From: Thermoanaerobaculia bacterium
Lineage (GTDB): Bacteria; Acidobacteriota; Thermoanaerobaculia; Multivoradales; JAHEKO01
Length of the DNA stretch: 36,789 bases
Direction: 5' to 3'
Assembly (NCBI GenBank): GCA_041575955.1
Contig: JBFGLX010000003.1
Location: 1 to 36,789, forward strand
Below are positions 8,633-16,575 of this stretch, one piece after another. Both the position numbers and the translations under genes were made by a program. The notes below the pieces were generated by a model. That model searched no databases. It saw nothing but the letters and a program-made list of their open reading frames with translations, and had not been told where the DNA came from. Every line of letters starts with the position of its first letter. Position 1 is the first letter of the stretch.

Positions 8633-10198
8633 CCGGCCTGGAGATTGCTTCTCGGAGAGATGGAGATCCTCGGCATGGCCATCGGCGTAGAACACGAAGC
8701 AGAAGACAACCTGGCGTCGGTCGTCGACCTCGCGGAGCCCGTGACCGTGGGCGATCCGCTGGCGGACGCGGTCGATCGGGTCATCGACCAGTGCCTGCTG
8801 AGCATGGTTTTCCAGCCGATTGTCGACCTCAAGCAAGGCACGATCTTCGCCTACGAGGCGCTCAGCCGCAGCCGCGTGCCGGAGTTCGAGGATCCGCCGG
8901 CCCTGGTCGAGGCCGCGACGGCGGCCGGCAGGGTCGGCGAGCTCGGGCGGCTCCAGCGAGCGCTGGCTTCCAAAAATTGTCCAGACTGGCCGATTTTTGT
9001 CAACATCTCGCCCAACGAGTTCGACGAGGGCTTTCTGGTTCGGCCGGACGACGCGATCTTCAGGCACCGCAAGCCGGTCTACGTCGAGATCACCGAGTCC
9101 GTCCCGCTGGTCTTCTTCGAGCAGTGCCACAGCGTCCTGGCCGAGCTCCGGCGCAAGGGCGCCCGGCTGGCGATCGACGACCTTGGGGCCGGCTATTCGA
9201 ATCTCAAGTACATCGCCGACCTGGCGCCCGATATCGTGAAGCTGGATCGGGAGCTGGTGGCCGGCTGTGCGTTGCAGGGCAGCCAGTACGAGCTGCTCTG
9301 TTCCATCGCCAGCCTCTGTCATCAGGTCGAGGCGCGGGTGGTCGCCGAAGGAGTGGAGACGGCGGAGGAGCTCGAGGCGGTGAGCGCTGCCGGCATCGAC
9401 CTCGGCCAGGGCTTCTTCCTCGGCCGGCCCAAGATCTCCCCGGCGGAGCTGAGCTGGCCCGCCTCGGACCTGATCACCAGCGCGGATTTCAAGGTGCGGC
9501 GCGCGACCCATGCGGCCGACCGCTGCGATCCGTCGCCGGAGCGCGCCGATCGGCGCCTCGACGAGCTCGAGGAGATCCGCTCGCTGCTGGAGAAGAGCGT
9601 CCGCAAGGCGCGGGGCGAGGTCGTCCGACTGCGCAAGGCGGTCAGCGAGGCCGAGAGCCGGAGCGAGCGCGCCCAGGCGCGGCTCGAACAGCTCGAGAGC
9701 TCGCTCGCCGAGTCCGAGACCAACCGCCGCCGGCTGGCACGCCTGTACGAGGCGGCCACCCTCAAGAAGAAGGCGCAGCCGGCGCCGCCATCGGCGCCCC
9801 GCCGCGGCTTCGACCTCAAGAAGGTCGTCGCCCAGGGGCTGATCTGGGCGGCGGGCCTGGCGGCCGGTCTGATGCTCTACAAGTTCGATCCGCGCACCGA
9901 TAGGCTCGCGCCCCCCGCCGAGGCCGGGACCGCGCCGGTGGCGGCCGAGGCCGAGGACGAGCGGACGCGCTCCGAGATTCGATCTCTGGTGCTCGACTGG
10001 GCGCGCTCGCGATCGGGACAGCCGGGCGAGGCGGTGCGCGACCTGGAGATCGACCTGCTCTCCGAGTCCGCGGCGCGCGCGAGCTTCGTGCTGACCGACG
10101 CCACCGGCGACCGCCCCGGGCAGCGGCGCCAGAGTCTCGATCTGGTGCGCGACGCCGGCGGTTGGCGGGTCGACCGGCAGTCCCTCCCCGGCGCCTAG
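8627..10198 (+). CDS. EAL-domain c-di-GMP phosphodiesterase with coiled coil, TM helix and C-terminal NTF2-like domain (start may be 8660 or 8675)
   Basis: FQPIVDL, YEALSR, VNISP, EITES, AIDDLGAGYSN, VKLDR, AEGVET and QGFFLGRP. Then an E/R-rich heptad region and hydrophobic VVAQGLIWAAGLAAGLML. Confidence 0.88.
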   Translation: MQPAWRLLLGEMEILGMAIGVEHEAEDNLASVVDLAEPVTVGDPLADAVDRVIDQCLLSMVFQPIVDLKQGTIFAYEALSRSRVPEFEDPPALVEAATAAGRVGELGRLQRALASKNCPDWPIFVNISPNEFDEGFLVRPDDAIFRHRKPVYVEITESVPLVFFEQCHSVLAELRRKGARLAIDDLGAGYSNLKYIADLAPDIVKLDRELVAGCALQGSQYELLCSIASLCHQVEARVVAEGVETAEELEAVSAAGIDLGQGFFLGRPKISPAELSWPASDLITSADFKVRRATHAADRCDPSPERADRRLDELEEIRSLLEKSVRKARGEVVRLRKAVSEAESRSERAQARLEQLESSLAESETNRRRLARLYEAATLKKKAQPAPPSAPRRGFDLKKVVAQGLIWAAGLAAGLMLYKFDPRTDRLAPPAEAGTAPVAAEAEDERTRSEIRSLVLDWARSRSGQPGEAVRDLEIDLLSESAARASFVLTDATGDRPGQRRQSLDLVRDAGGWRVDRQSLPGA

Positions 10199-10428
10199 CC
10201 CGACCTTCTCACCAACCTTCGGCCAGAATGCCGCACCTACCTGAATCTGCTGCGTTTCGCTCCGGTCGGCCTCCTCGACGTATGTCGAATACGCCTGCGT
10301 CGCCCTCGGTCGCAAGCCTGGCATCTCCAGGCATTTGCGGCCTTCTGCACGCAACTACTTGAAAACATCGGGTCCAGGCCGGCAGCCGGCCGCAGGCGAA
10401 GCTGACGCCGGTGCGAAGTTCAGGCTAG
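10195..10428. mobile_element. MITE/RPE-like palindromic element with CTAG termini (most complete copy)
   Basis: Left end CTAGCCCGACCTTCTCACC versus right-end reverse complement CTAGCCTGAACTTCGCACC, 16/19 identical. 10195-10377 is itself an imperfect palindrome. No coding capacity. Related copies at 3777-3873, 14719-14748 and 15629-15709. Confidence 0.75.
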
Positions 10429-10461
10429 CTCCCAGGGGGCGATCCGGCGGAGCCCCGACCT

Positions 10462-10470
10462 TGTTATCCT
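10462..10470 (+). promoter_or_regulatory. Extended -10 box, probable leaderless promoter of the S8 protease
   Basis: TGTTATCCT lies 7 nt upstream of ATG 10478, with no strong SD. Confidence 0.5.
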
Positions 10471-10477
10471 TGGACTC

Positions 10478-12301
10478 ATGAGCCCGCTGCGACGAGTCTG
10501 CTCGCTGTTCGCCCTGCTGGCGACCCTGCCGCTGGCGGCGGAGGAGCTGCCGGAGTGGGGGCGCAAGGTGGATCCCTGGGTCCTCGACCGGCTGGCGAGC
10601 CGATCGGAAGCCGAGTTCCTCGTTCTCCTGGAGACCCAGGCGGACCTGAGCGGCGCCGACCGGCTCGCGACCAAGGCGGCCAAGGGTCGCTACGTCTACG
10701 AGCGGCTCAAGGCCACCGCCGAGCGGTCGCAGCCGGCGCTCCTCGAGCGCCTGCGCCGGGACGGCCATGAGCACCGCCCCTTCTGGGTCGCCAACATGGT
10801 CTGGGTGCGCGGGGGCGCCGCCCTGGTCGAGGAGCTCGCCTCCCGCGACGACGTCGCCCACATCTACGCCAACCCCCGGGTCGAGCTCGACCTGCCGCGG
10901 CGTGACGTCCTCGCCAAGGGATCGGGCCGCGCCATCGAGCCGAGTCTCGCGCACGTCGGGGCGCCCAAGGTCTTCTGGGCGCGCGGCTTCACCGGCCAGG
11001 GCGTGGTTATCGGCGGCCAGGACACCGGTTACAGCTGGAGCCACCCCGCCTTGAGGTCGAAGTACCGGGGCGCCGCCGGTGGCGTCGATCACAACTACAA
11101 CTGGCACGACGCGATCCACGCGAGCATCGGTCCGTGCGGAGCGGATTCCCGCGAGCCGTGCGACGACAACAACCACGGTACCCACACGATGGGCACCATG
11201 GTCGGCGACGACGGCGAGGGCAATCGCATCGGCATGGCGCCCGGAGCGACCTGGATCGGCTGCCGCAACATGGACGGCGGGGTCGGCACTCCGGCCAGCT
11301 ACAGCGAGTGCTTCCAGTGGTTCATCGCCCCCACCGACCTCGCCGACCGGAACCCGGATCCCGACGCCGCCCCGGACGTCATCAACAACTCCTGGTCGTG
11401 CCCGCCCTCGGAAGGCTGCACCGACCCGAACGTGCTGCGCCGGGTGGTCGAGAACACGCGCAAGGCGGGCATCCTGGTCGTGGTCTCGGCCGGCAACGAG
11501 GGTCCCGACTGCGAGACGGTCGCCTCGCCGGCGGCGATCTACGACGCCTCGCTGACCGTCGGTGCGAGCAACAACTTCGACGGCATCACCGGTTTTTCGA
11601 GCCGCGGCCCGGTGTCGGTGGACGGCAGCGGCCGGCTCAAGCCGGACGTGGTGGCGCCCGGCTTCCAGATTCGCTCGAGCGTCCTCGCCGACGGCTACGA
11701 CCGGTTCAACGGCACCAGCATGGCCGGTCCGCACGTGGCCGGCCTGGCGGCGCTGGTGATCTCGGCGGCGGGCTGCCTGCGCGGCAACGTCGACGCGATC
11801 GAGCGCCACATCCTGGAGACTGCTCAGCCCGTGCTGGCGGATCAGTCTTGCGGCGGGTCGGGCGACGACGTTCCCAACGCGGTCTACGGTCACGGCGCGA
11901 TCCGGGCGGCGTTGCCAGCCTGTGGCGACGGCATTTCCGGCGCGGCCACCGGCATGGCCTTGAGGAAGCTCGTCTGTCGGAACCGGAGCTCCAGGCCGCG
12001 CCAGAAGGTCACCGCCCGTCTGGGCGGCGCCGACGCGTGGGACTGCGGCGCCCAGGGGCTGAGCGCCGGTGGCGGCGATCGCGTCAAGGTCCAGCTGACC
12101 GCGACCGCTAGCGGCGGCGGCGAGGTCGGGGGCTCGATCGAGGGCATCCCGAAAGCCAAGGTCGTGTGCAAGAACCAGTCGGCCGGCGGCAAGACGACGA
12201 TCAGGCCGGGGGATGGCGAGCCGTGGGACTGTCGCGGCGCCGGACTTGCCGTCTCCGACGGCGATGCGCTGAAGGTGACCATCAGCGGCAAAGCAGGGTA
12301 G
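10478..12301 (+). CDS. Secreted S8 subtilisin-like serine protease (bacillopeptidase F-like) with two C-terminal Cys-containing repeats, 607 aa
   Basis: Signal peptide (LFALLATLPLAA), triad motifs GQDTG / HGTHTMGT / GTSMAGPHVAG, oxyanion SAGN. Confidence 0.95.
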   Translation: MSPLRRVCSLFALLATLPLAAEELPEWGRKVDPWVLDRLASRSEAEFLVLLETQADLSGADRLATKAAKGRYVYERLKATAERSQPALLERLRRDGHEHRPFWVANMVWVRGGAALVEELASRDDVAHIYANPRVELDLPRRDVLAKGSGRAIEPSLAHVGAPKVFWARGFTGQGVVIGGQDTGYSWSHPALRSKYRGAAGGVDHNYNWHDAIHASIGPCGADSREPCDDNNHGTHTMGTMVGDDGEGNRIGMAPGATWIGCRNMDGGVGTPASYSECFQWFIAPTDLADRNPDPDAAPDVINNSWSCPPSEGCTDPNVLRRVVENTRKAGILVVVSAGNEGPDCETVASPAAIYDASLTVGASNNFDGITGFSSRGPVSVDGSGRLKPDVVAPGFQIRSSVLADGYDRFNGTSMAGPHVAGLAALVISAAGCLRGNVDAIERHILETAQPVLADQSCGGSGDDVPNAVYGHGAIRAALPACGDGISGAATGMALRKLVCRNRSSRPRQKVTARLGGADAWDCGAQGLSAGGGDRVKVQLTATASGGGEVGGSIEGIPKAKVVCKNQSAGGKTTIRPGDGEPWDCRGAGLAVSDGDALKVTISGKAG

Positions 12302-12310
12302 GGGAGAGGC

Positions 12311-14722
12311 TTGGAGACCAGCGGCACCGAGCGGAGCTCCCTCCAGTTCACCGGCGAGAGCATTCTGCGCGACTACCGGATCGCGTTCCAGAGCCGGGAG
12401 GCGAGCCTGCTCGGCCGGCGCGAGGTGCTGACCGGCAAGGCCAAGTTCGGCATCTTCGGCGACGGCAAGGAGGTCGCACAGGTGGCGATGGCGCGCTCGT
12501 TCCGCAAGGGCGACTTCCGCGCCGGCTACTACCGCGACCAGACGTTCATGTTCGCGCTCGGCCTGCTGACCGTCCAGGAGTTCTTCGCGCAGCTCTACGC
12601 CGACGCCAGCCTCGAGCGCGAGCCGGCGTCGGGCGGCCGCCAGATGACCGCCCACTTCGCCACCCGGCTGCTCGACCCCGATGGCGGCTGGCGCAGCCAG
12701 TTCGACCGCTACAACGTGGCTGCGGATCTCTCGCCAACCGGCTCGCAGATGCCGAAGCTGGTCGGCCTGGCCTACGCCTCGCGCATCTACCGCGAGCTCG
12801 AGGGGCTGGACGGCGCCGAGCGCTTCTCGCGCAACGGCGACGAGATCGCCTTCGGCACGATCGGCGACGCGAGCTGCGCCGAGGGGCTCTTCTGGGAGTC
12901 GGTCAACGCCGCCGGCGTCTTGGGCGCGCCCATGCTGCTGTCGATCTGGGACGACGGCTTCGGGATCTCGGTGCCGACCGAGCGCCAGGTCACGAAAGGC
13001 GACATCTCGCAGCTGGTGCGCGGCTTCCAGCGCTCGCCCGGCGACAAGCGCGGCTACGACATCTACACCGCCAGGGGCTGGGACTATCCCGGCCTCTGCG
13101 AGACCTATCTGACCGCCTCCGAGATCGTGCGCATCGAGCACGTGCCGGCGATCATCCACGTCCAGGAGGTGACCCAGCCCCAGGGCCACTCGACGTCGGG
13201 CAGTCACGAGCGCTACAAGACCGCCGACCGGCTGGCCTGGGAGGCCGAGCACGACTGCATCGCGCGCATGCGCGGCTGGATGGAGCGCCAGGGCATCGCC
13301 ACCGCCGAGGAGCTCGACGCCGCCGAGGCCGAGGATCGCGAGCTGGTGCGGCAGATGCAGCGCGCGGCGTGGCACGCCTTCCGCGAGGAGCTCGATGCCG
13401 ACCGCCAGCGGCTGACGGCGATACTCGACGAGGTCGGGCGGGAGTCGGCCGCGCACGGCGCGATCGGCGAGCTCCGGCAGCGGCTCGACCGGACGCCGAA
13501 CCCGCTCCGGCGCGACCTTCAGGGAACGGCCGCCGAGGCCCTGATCGCGGTGCGCGACGAGTCGCATCCGGCCAGGGAGCGCCTGCGGAGCTGGCATCGC
13601 GAGATGCTCGAGCGCCAGGCCGAGCGCTACGGCACGCACCTCTACAGCGAGACCGAGGGCTCGGCGCTGACCGTGCCGGCGGTGCCGCCGGTGATCACCG
13701 CCGACTCACCGGAGGTTCGCGGCTTCGAGGTGCTCAACGCCTGCTTCGACCGGGCGCTGGCGCGCACTCCCAACCTGGTGGCGTTCGGCGAGGACCTCGG
13801 GCGCCTGGGCGACGTCAACCAGGGCTTCGCCGGCCTGCAGGAGAAGTACGGCGAGCTGCGGGTGGCGGATGCCGGGATTCGCGAGGCGACGATCATCGGC
13901 CAGGCGATCGGCATGGCGCTGCGCGGCCTGCGTCCGCTGGCCGAGATCCAGTATCTCGACTACCTGCTCTACTGCCTGCAGATCCTCTCGGACGACCTGG
14001 CGACCCTGCGCTGGCGGACGCTCGGCGGGCAGAAGGCTCCGGTCATCATCCGCACGCGTGGCCATCGCCTCGAAGGCGTCTGGCACGCGGGCTCGAACCT
14101 GGCCGGCCTGATCCATCTGCTGCGCGGCATCTACATCTGCGTGCCGCGGGACATGACCCGGGCTGCCGGCTTCTACAACACGCTGCTGCGGTCCGACGAC
14201 GCCGGCCTGGTGATCGAGGTGCTGAACGGCTACCGGGTGAAGGAGAAGCTGCCGGACAACATCGGCGAGCTGACCGTGCCGCTGGGCGTTGTCGAGGTCC
14301 TGAGGCCGGGGCGAGACGTCACCGTCGTCACCTATGGCGCCCTCTGCCGGATCGCGCTGGAGGCGGCCGAGCTGCTGGCCGGAGTGGGCATCGACGCCGA
14401 GGTGATCGACGTCCAGACCCTGCTGCCGTTCGATCTCGGCAGCCGGATCCTGGAGTCGATCAAGAAGACCGGCGCGGTGCTGTTCGTCGACGAGGACGTG
14501 CCGGGAGGCACCACCGCCTACATGGCCCAGCAGGTGATCGAAGCGCAGGGGGCATTCGCGTGGCTGGACGCGGCGCCTCGGACGCTCTCCGCGCAGGAGC
14601 ACCGTCCCGCCTACGGCTCCGACGGCGACTACTCGTCGAAACCGAACCGTGATTCGATCTTCCAGACCCTCTACGAGATGGCGCGCGAGCGCGAGCCGAA
14701 GCGCTTCCCGCAGCTGTTCTAG
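12311..14722 (+). CDS. Fused 2-oxoacid dehydrogenase E1 alpha+beta (ThDP-dependent), 803 aa
   Basis: YYRD, ThDP-binding variant GDASCAEG...WDD, QGHSTS, FGEDLG, IREATIIG, EIQYLDY, VIDVQTLLPFD. TTG start after GGGGAGAGG. Confidence 0.92.
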   Translation: METSGTERSSLQFTGESILRDYRIAFQSREASLLGRREVLTGKAKFGIFGDGKEVAQVAMARSFRKGDFRAGYYRDQTFMFALGLLTVQEFFAQLYADASLEREPASGGRQMTAHFATRLLDPDGGWRSQFDRYNVAADLSPTGSQMPKLVGLAYASRIYRELEGLDGAERFSRNGDEIAFGTIGDASCAEGLFWESVNAAGVLGAPMLLSIWDDGFGISVPTERQVTKGDISQLVRGFQRSPGDKRGYDIYTARGWDYPGLCETYLTASEIVRIEHVPAIIHVQEVTQPQGHSTSGSHERYKTADRLAWEAEHDCIARMRGWMERQGIATAEELDAAEAEDRELVRQMQRAAWHAFREELDADRQRLTAILDEVGRESAAHGAIGELRQRLDRTPNPLRRDLQGTAAEALIAVRDESHPARERLRSWHREMLERQAERYGTHLYSETEGSALTVPAVPPVITADSPEVRGFEVLNACFDRALARTPNLVAFGEDLGRLGDVNQGFAGLQEKYGELRVADAGIREATIIGQAIGMALRGLRPLAEIQYLDYLLYCLQILSDDLATLRWRTLGGQKAPVIIRTRGHRLEGVWHAGSNLAGLIHLLRGIYICVPRDMTRAAGFYNTLLRSDDAGLVIEVLNGYRVKEKLPDNIGELTVPLGVVEVLRPGRDVTVVTYGALCRIALEAAELLAGVGIDAEVIDVQTLLPFDLGSRILESIKKTGAVLFVDEDVPGGTTAYMAQQVIEAQGAFAWLDAAPRTLSAQEHRPAYGSDGDYSSKPNRDSIFQTLYEMAREREPKRFPQLF

Positions 14723-14748
14723 GCTGACCTTCTCTCCGGCCTTCGCCC
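14719..14748 (+). repeat. Terminal remnant of the CTAG-ended repeat
   Basis: CTAGGCTGACCTTCTCTCCGGCCTTCGCCC matches the element end (copy-1 reverse complement CCAGCCTGACCTTCTCACCAGCCTTCGCCC). Its TAG is the E1 stop codon. Confidence 0.7.
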
Positions 14749-14752
14749 GCTC

Positions 14753-15301
14753 CTAGAGCATTCCGAGCTGCAGCTTGGCGGCCTCGGTCATCATGTTGGG
14801 GCCCCAGGGCGGGTCGAAGACGATCTCGATGTCGGTCTCGCCGACCCCGGCGAGCGCCTCGACGCGCCGCTTGACGTCGTCGGCGAGCACCGGCCCCATG
14901 CCGCAGCCGGGCGCCGTCAGGGTCATCTTGACGCCCACCCGTGAGCCGCCGTCCGCGAGCTCCTCGATCGAGCAGTCGTAGACCAGACCGAGGTCGACGA
15001 TGTTGACCGGGATCTCGGGGTCGTAGCACTTGCGCAGCTGCGCCCAGACGCGCTCTTCGAGGGGCGCGTCGTCGGCGAGGGCGTCCTCGGCCGCGCCGGC
15101 GGTCTCCTTGCCGAGGGCGTCCGCGTCCTTCTCTTCGATCCGGAACATGGCGCCGTAATCGTTCATCACGGTGAACGAGCCGCCGAGCTCCTGGGTGATC
15201 AGGACGCGCGAGCCCTGGGCCAGGACGGCGGGCAGCCCGTCCGGGATCTGGACGACCTGCACGTCTCGGCTGAGGGTCGCGGGCTCACGCGTGTGCATCA
15301 C
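14753..15301 (-). CDS. sufT: Fe-S cluster assembly protein SufT (long form, DUF59)
   Basis: ITQELGGSFTV N-terminal domain, YDPEIPVNIVDLGL, TLTAPGCGMG, VFDPPW...MTEAAKLQLG. Confidence 0.92.
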   Translation of the reverse strand: MMHTREPATLSRDVQVVQIPDGLPAVLAQGSRVLITQELGGSFTVMNDYGAMFRIEEKDADALGKETAGAAEDALADDAPLEERVWAQLRKCYDPEIPVNIVDLGLVYDCSIEELADGGSRVGVKMTLTAPGCGMGPVLADDVKRRVEALAGVGETDIEIVFDPPWGPNMMTEAAKLQLGML

Positions 15302-15552
15302 GGATTCTCGGGCTGGCGAGAAAAAATCTCAGATCGCCGTCAGAAAAGCGCCTCGAGCGGCAACTCGTAGTCAGTGGTGGCTCTAGCGGTCACTGGAGGT
15401 GTGGGGGAGGTTTCGAACGCGGAAGGCACTATCGGTTTACCGCTGTAAGGGAGCGGATGCGGATAGGGAGTAGAAGTGATGCTCGTGAATCTCTCCGAAG
15501 AGAGGGATGGGATAAGTATGGCGAGCGAATTCCTCCCCCACGACCACGAATC

Positions 15553-15576
15553 GATTCAAGCTCTATGCATTGAATC
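15553..15576. promoter_or_regulatory. Palindrome GATTCAA-N10-TTGAATC, putative operator
   Basis: Perfect 7-bp inverted repeat in the lower-GC spacer between divergent sufT and the small Cys protein. Confidence 0.35.
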
Positions 15577-15628
15577 ACCTGGTTGGATTGTAGACGAACT
15601 GGCGGGACGCGTCCACACGAGAAACGAG

Positions 15629-15709
15629 GTCGAGTAGCCCGAGCGGAGCGAAACGCGGCAGGCTTAGGTAGTTGCGGCGTTCTGGGCGAAGGCTGGCGAG
15701 ACGGGCTGG
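15629..15709. repeat. Diverged half copy of the CTAG-ended palindromic repeat
   Basis: GTCGAGTAGCCCGAGCGGAGCGAAACGCGGCAGGCTTAGGTAGTTGCGGCGTTCTGGGCGAAGGCTGG aligns with the reverse complement of about 10195-10280 and with 3787-3860. Confidence 0.82.
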
Positions 15710-15758
15710 ACCGAGCTTGCGCGGGGGCGGTGCCGGCCGATACGACGAAAGGTGCGCT

Positions 15759-15977
15759 ATGGACGAGCCGAAGATGGAGGCGGCCATCGAGGCCGAGTAC
15801 ACGCTCGAGGCGCCGGCGGTGTGCCCGGGGTGCGAGAAGTCGATCGAGACCCTGCTGGTGGTTCGGCTCCTGCGCACCCGGGTGAACTTCACCTCGGCGC
15901 TGCCCCGGCGCGGCCAGTCCTTGATCTGCCCCAACTGCCGGACGATCCTGTCGGGCAGCCTGGGTGGCCTGATCTAA
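15759..15977 (+). CDS. Small hypothetical zinc-ribbon-like protein, 72 aa
   Basis: ATG follows GAAAGG. Two CxxC pairs (CPGC, CPNC). Codon usage fits the host. Confidence 0.75.
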   Translation: MDEPKMEAAIEAEYTLEAPAVCPGCEKSIETLLVVRLLRTRVNFTSALPRRGQSLICPNCRTILSGSLGGLI

Positions 15978-16032
15978 GGCGCCGGGAGCGCAAGACAATG
16001 GCCGCGTTTTCCGTCTCTTCGAGACGGGAACG

Positions 16033-16575
16033 ATGGCTGTGCACGAACATCTGCGGCCCGGGCGCTCGGCTCCTGGACGCCGGCGGGTCCGGCTCGAGGC
16101 CGTCGGCGGCTGGTCGCTGATCGAGCTGCTGCTCGCGAGCGCCCTCTTTCTGGTCGCGCTGCTGGCGGCGACACCGCTGTTCGTGCGCGCCGTCGGCGAC
16201 GTGCGCGCCGGTGGCGTCCGCTCGACAGCGTCGGCCCTGGCCCAGGACGCCCTGGAGAGCGCGCTACCGCCGCCGGTGGCGGGCTCCCCGGTGGCGCGCG
16301 TGGAGTACTACTCGTTCGAGCGCCGGCGTTGGCTGGCCGAGCCCCCGGCGCCGCCCGACCGCGCCCTCTGGGTGCGCGAGACGAAGGGATTGCTCTACCC
16401 GCTGGCCGCGATCTCCGACGGCCGCGTGGCCCCTGGGGAGAGTACGCCGGGCGGCGACTGCCGGCCGGCGGACAGCCCCGCGATCTGTCTGTTGGGCGTC
16501 CGAGTCGAGCTTTCCCGCCGGCCGGGAGGCCGCCCGGTCGTCACCCTGGAGCGTCTCGAATGGACAGGCGGCTGA
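16033..16575 (+). CDS. PilV-like minor pilin/pseudopilin
   Basis: Prepilin-like G|WSLIELLLA with E+5 and a hydrophobic helix. First gene of an overlapping three-gene set. Confidence 0.65.
   Translation: MAVHEHLRPGRSAPGRRRVRLEAVGGWSLIELLLASALFLVALLAATPLFVRAVGDVRAGGVRSTASALAQDALESALPPPVAGSPVARVEYYSFERRRWLAEPPAPPDRALWVRETKGLLYPLAAISDGRVAPGESTPGGDCRPADSPAICLLGVRVELSRRPGGRPVVTLERLEWTGG

Noticed and set aside
15518-15637. 39-codon ORF MASEFLPHDHES...RNEVE in the low-GC spacer
   Set aside because: Atypical codon usage, no motif, and it ends inside a repeat copy.
3777-15709. Dispersed repeats as a CRISPR array, tRNA or riboswitch
   Set aside because: No regular repeat-spacer period, no cas genes, no cloverleaf. 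Copies occur in both orientations and mostly at 3' ends.
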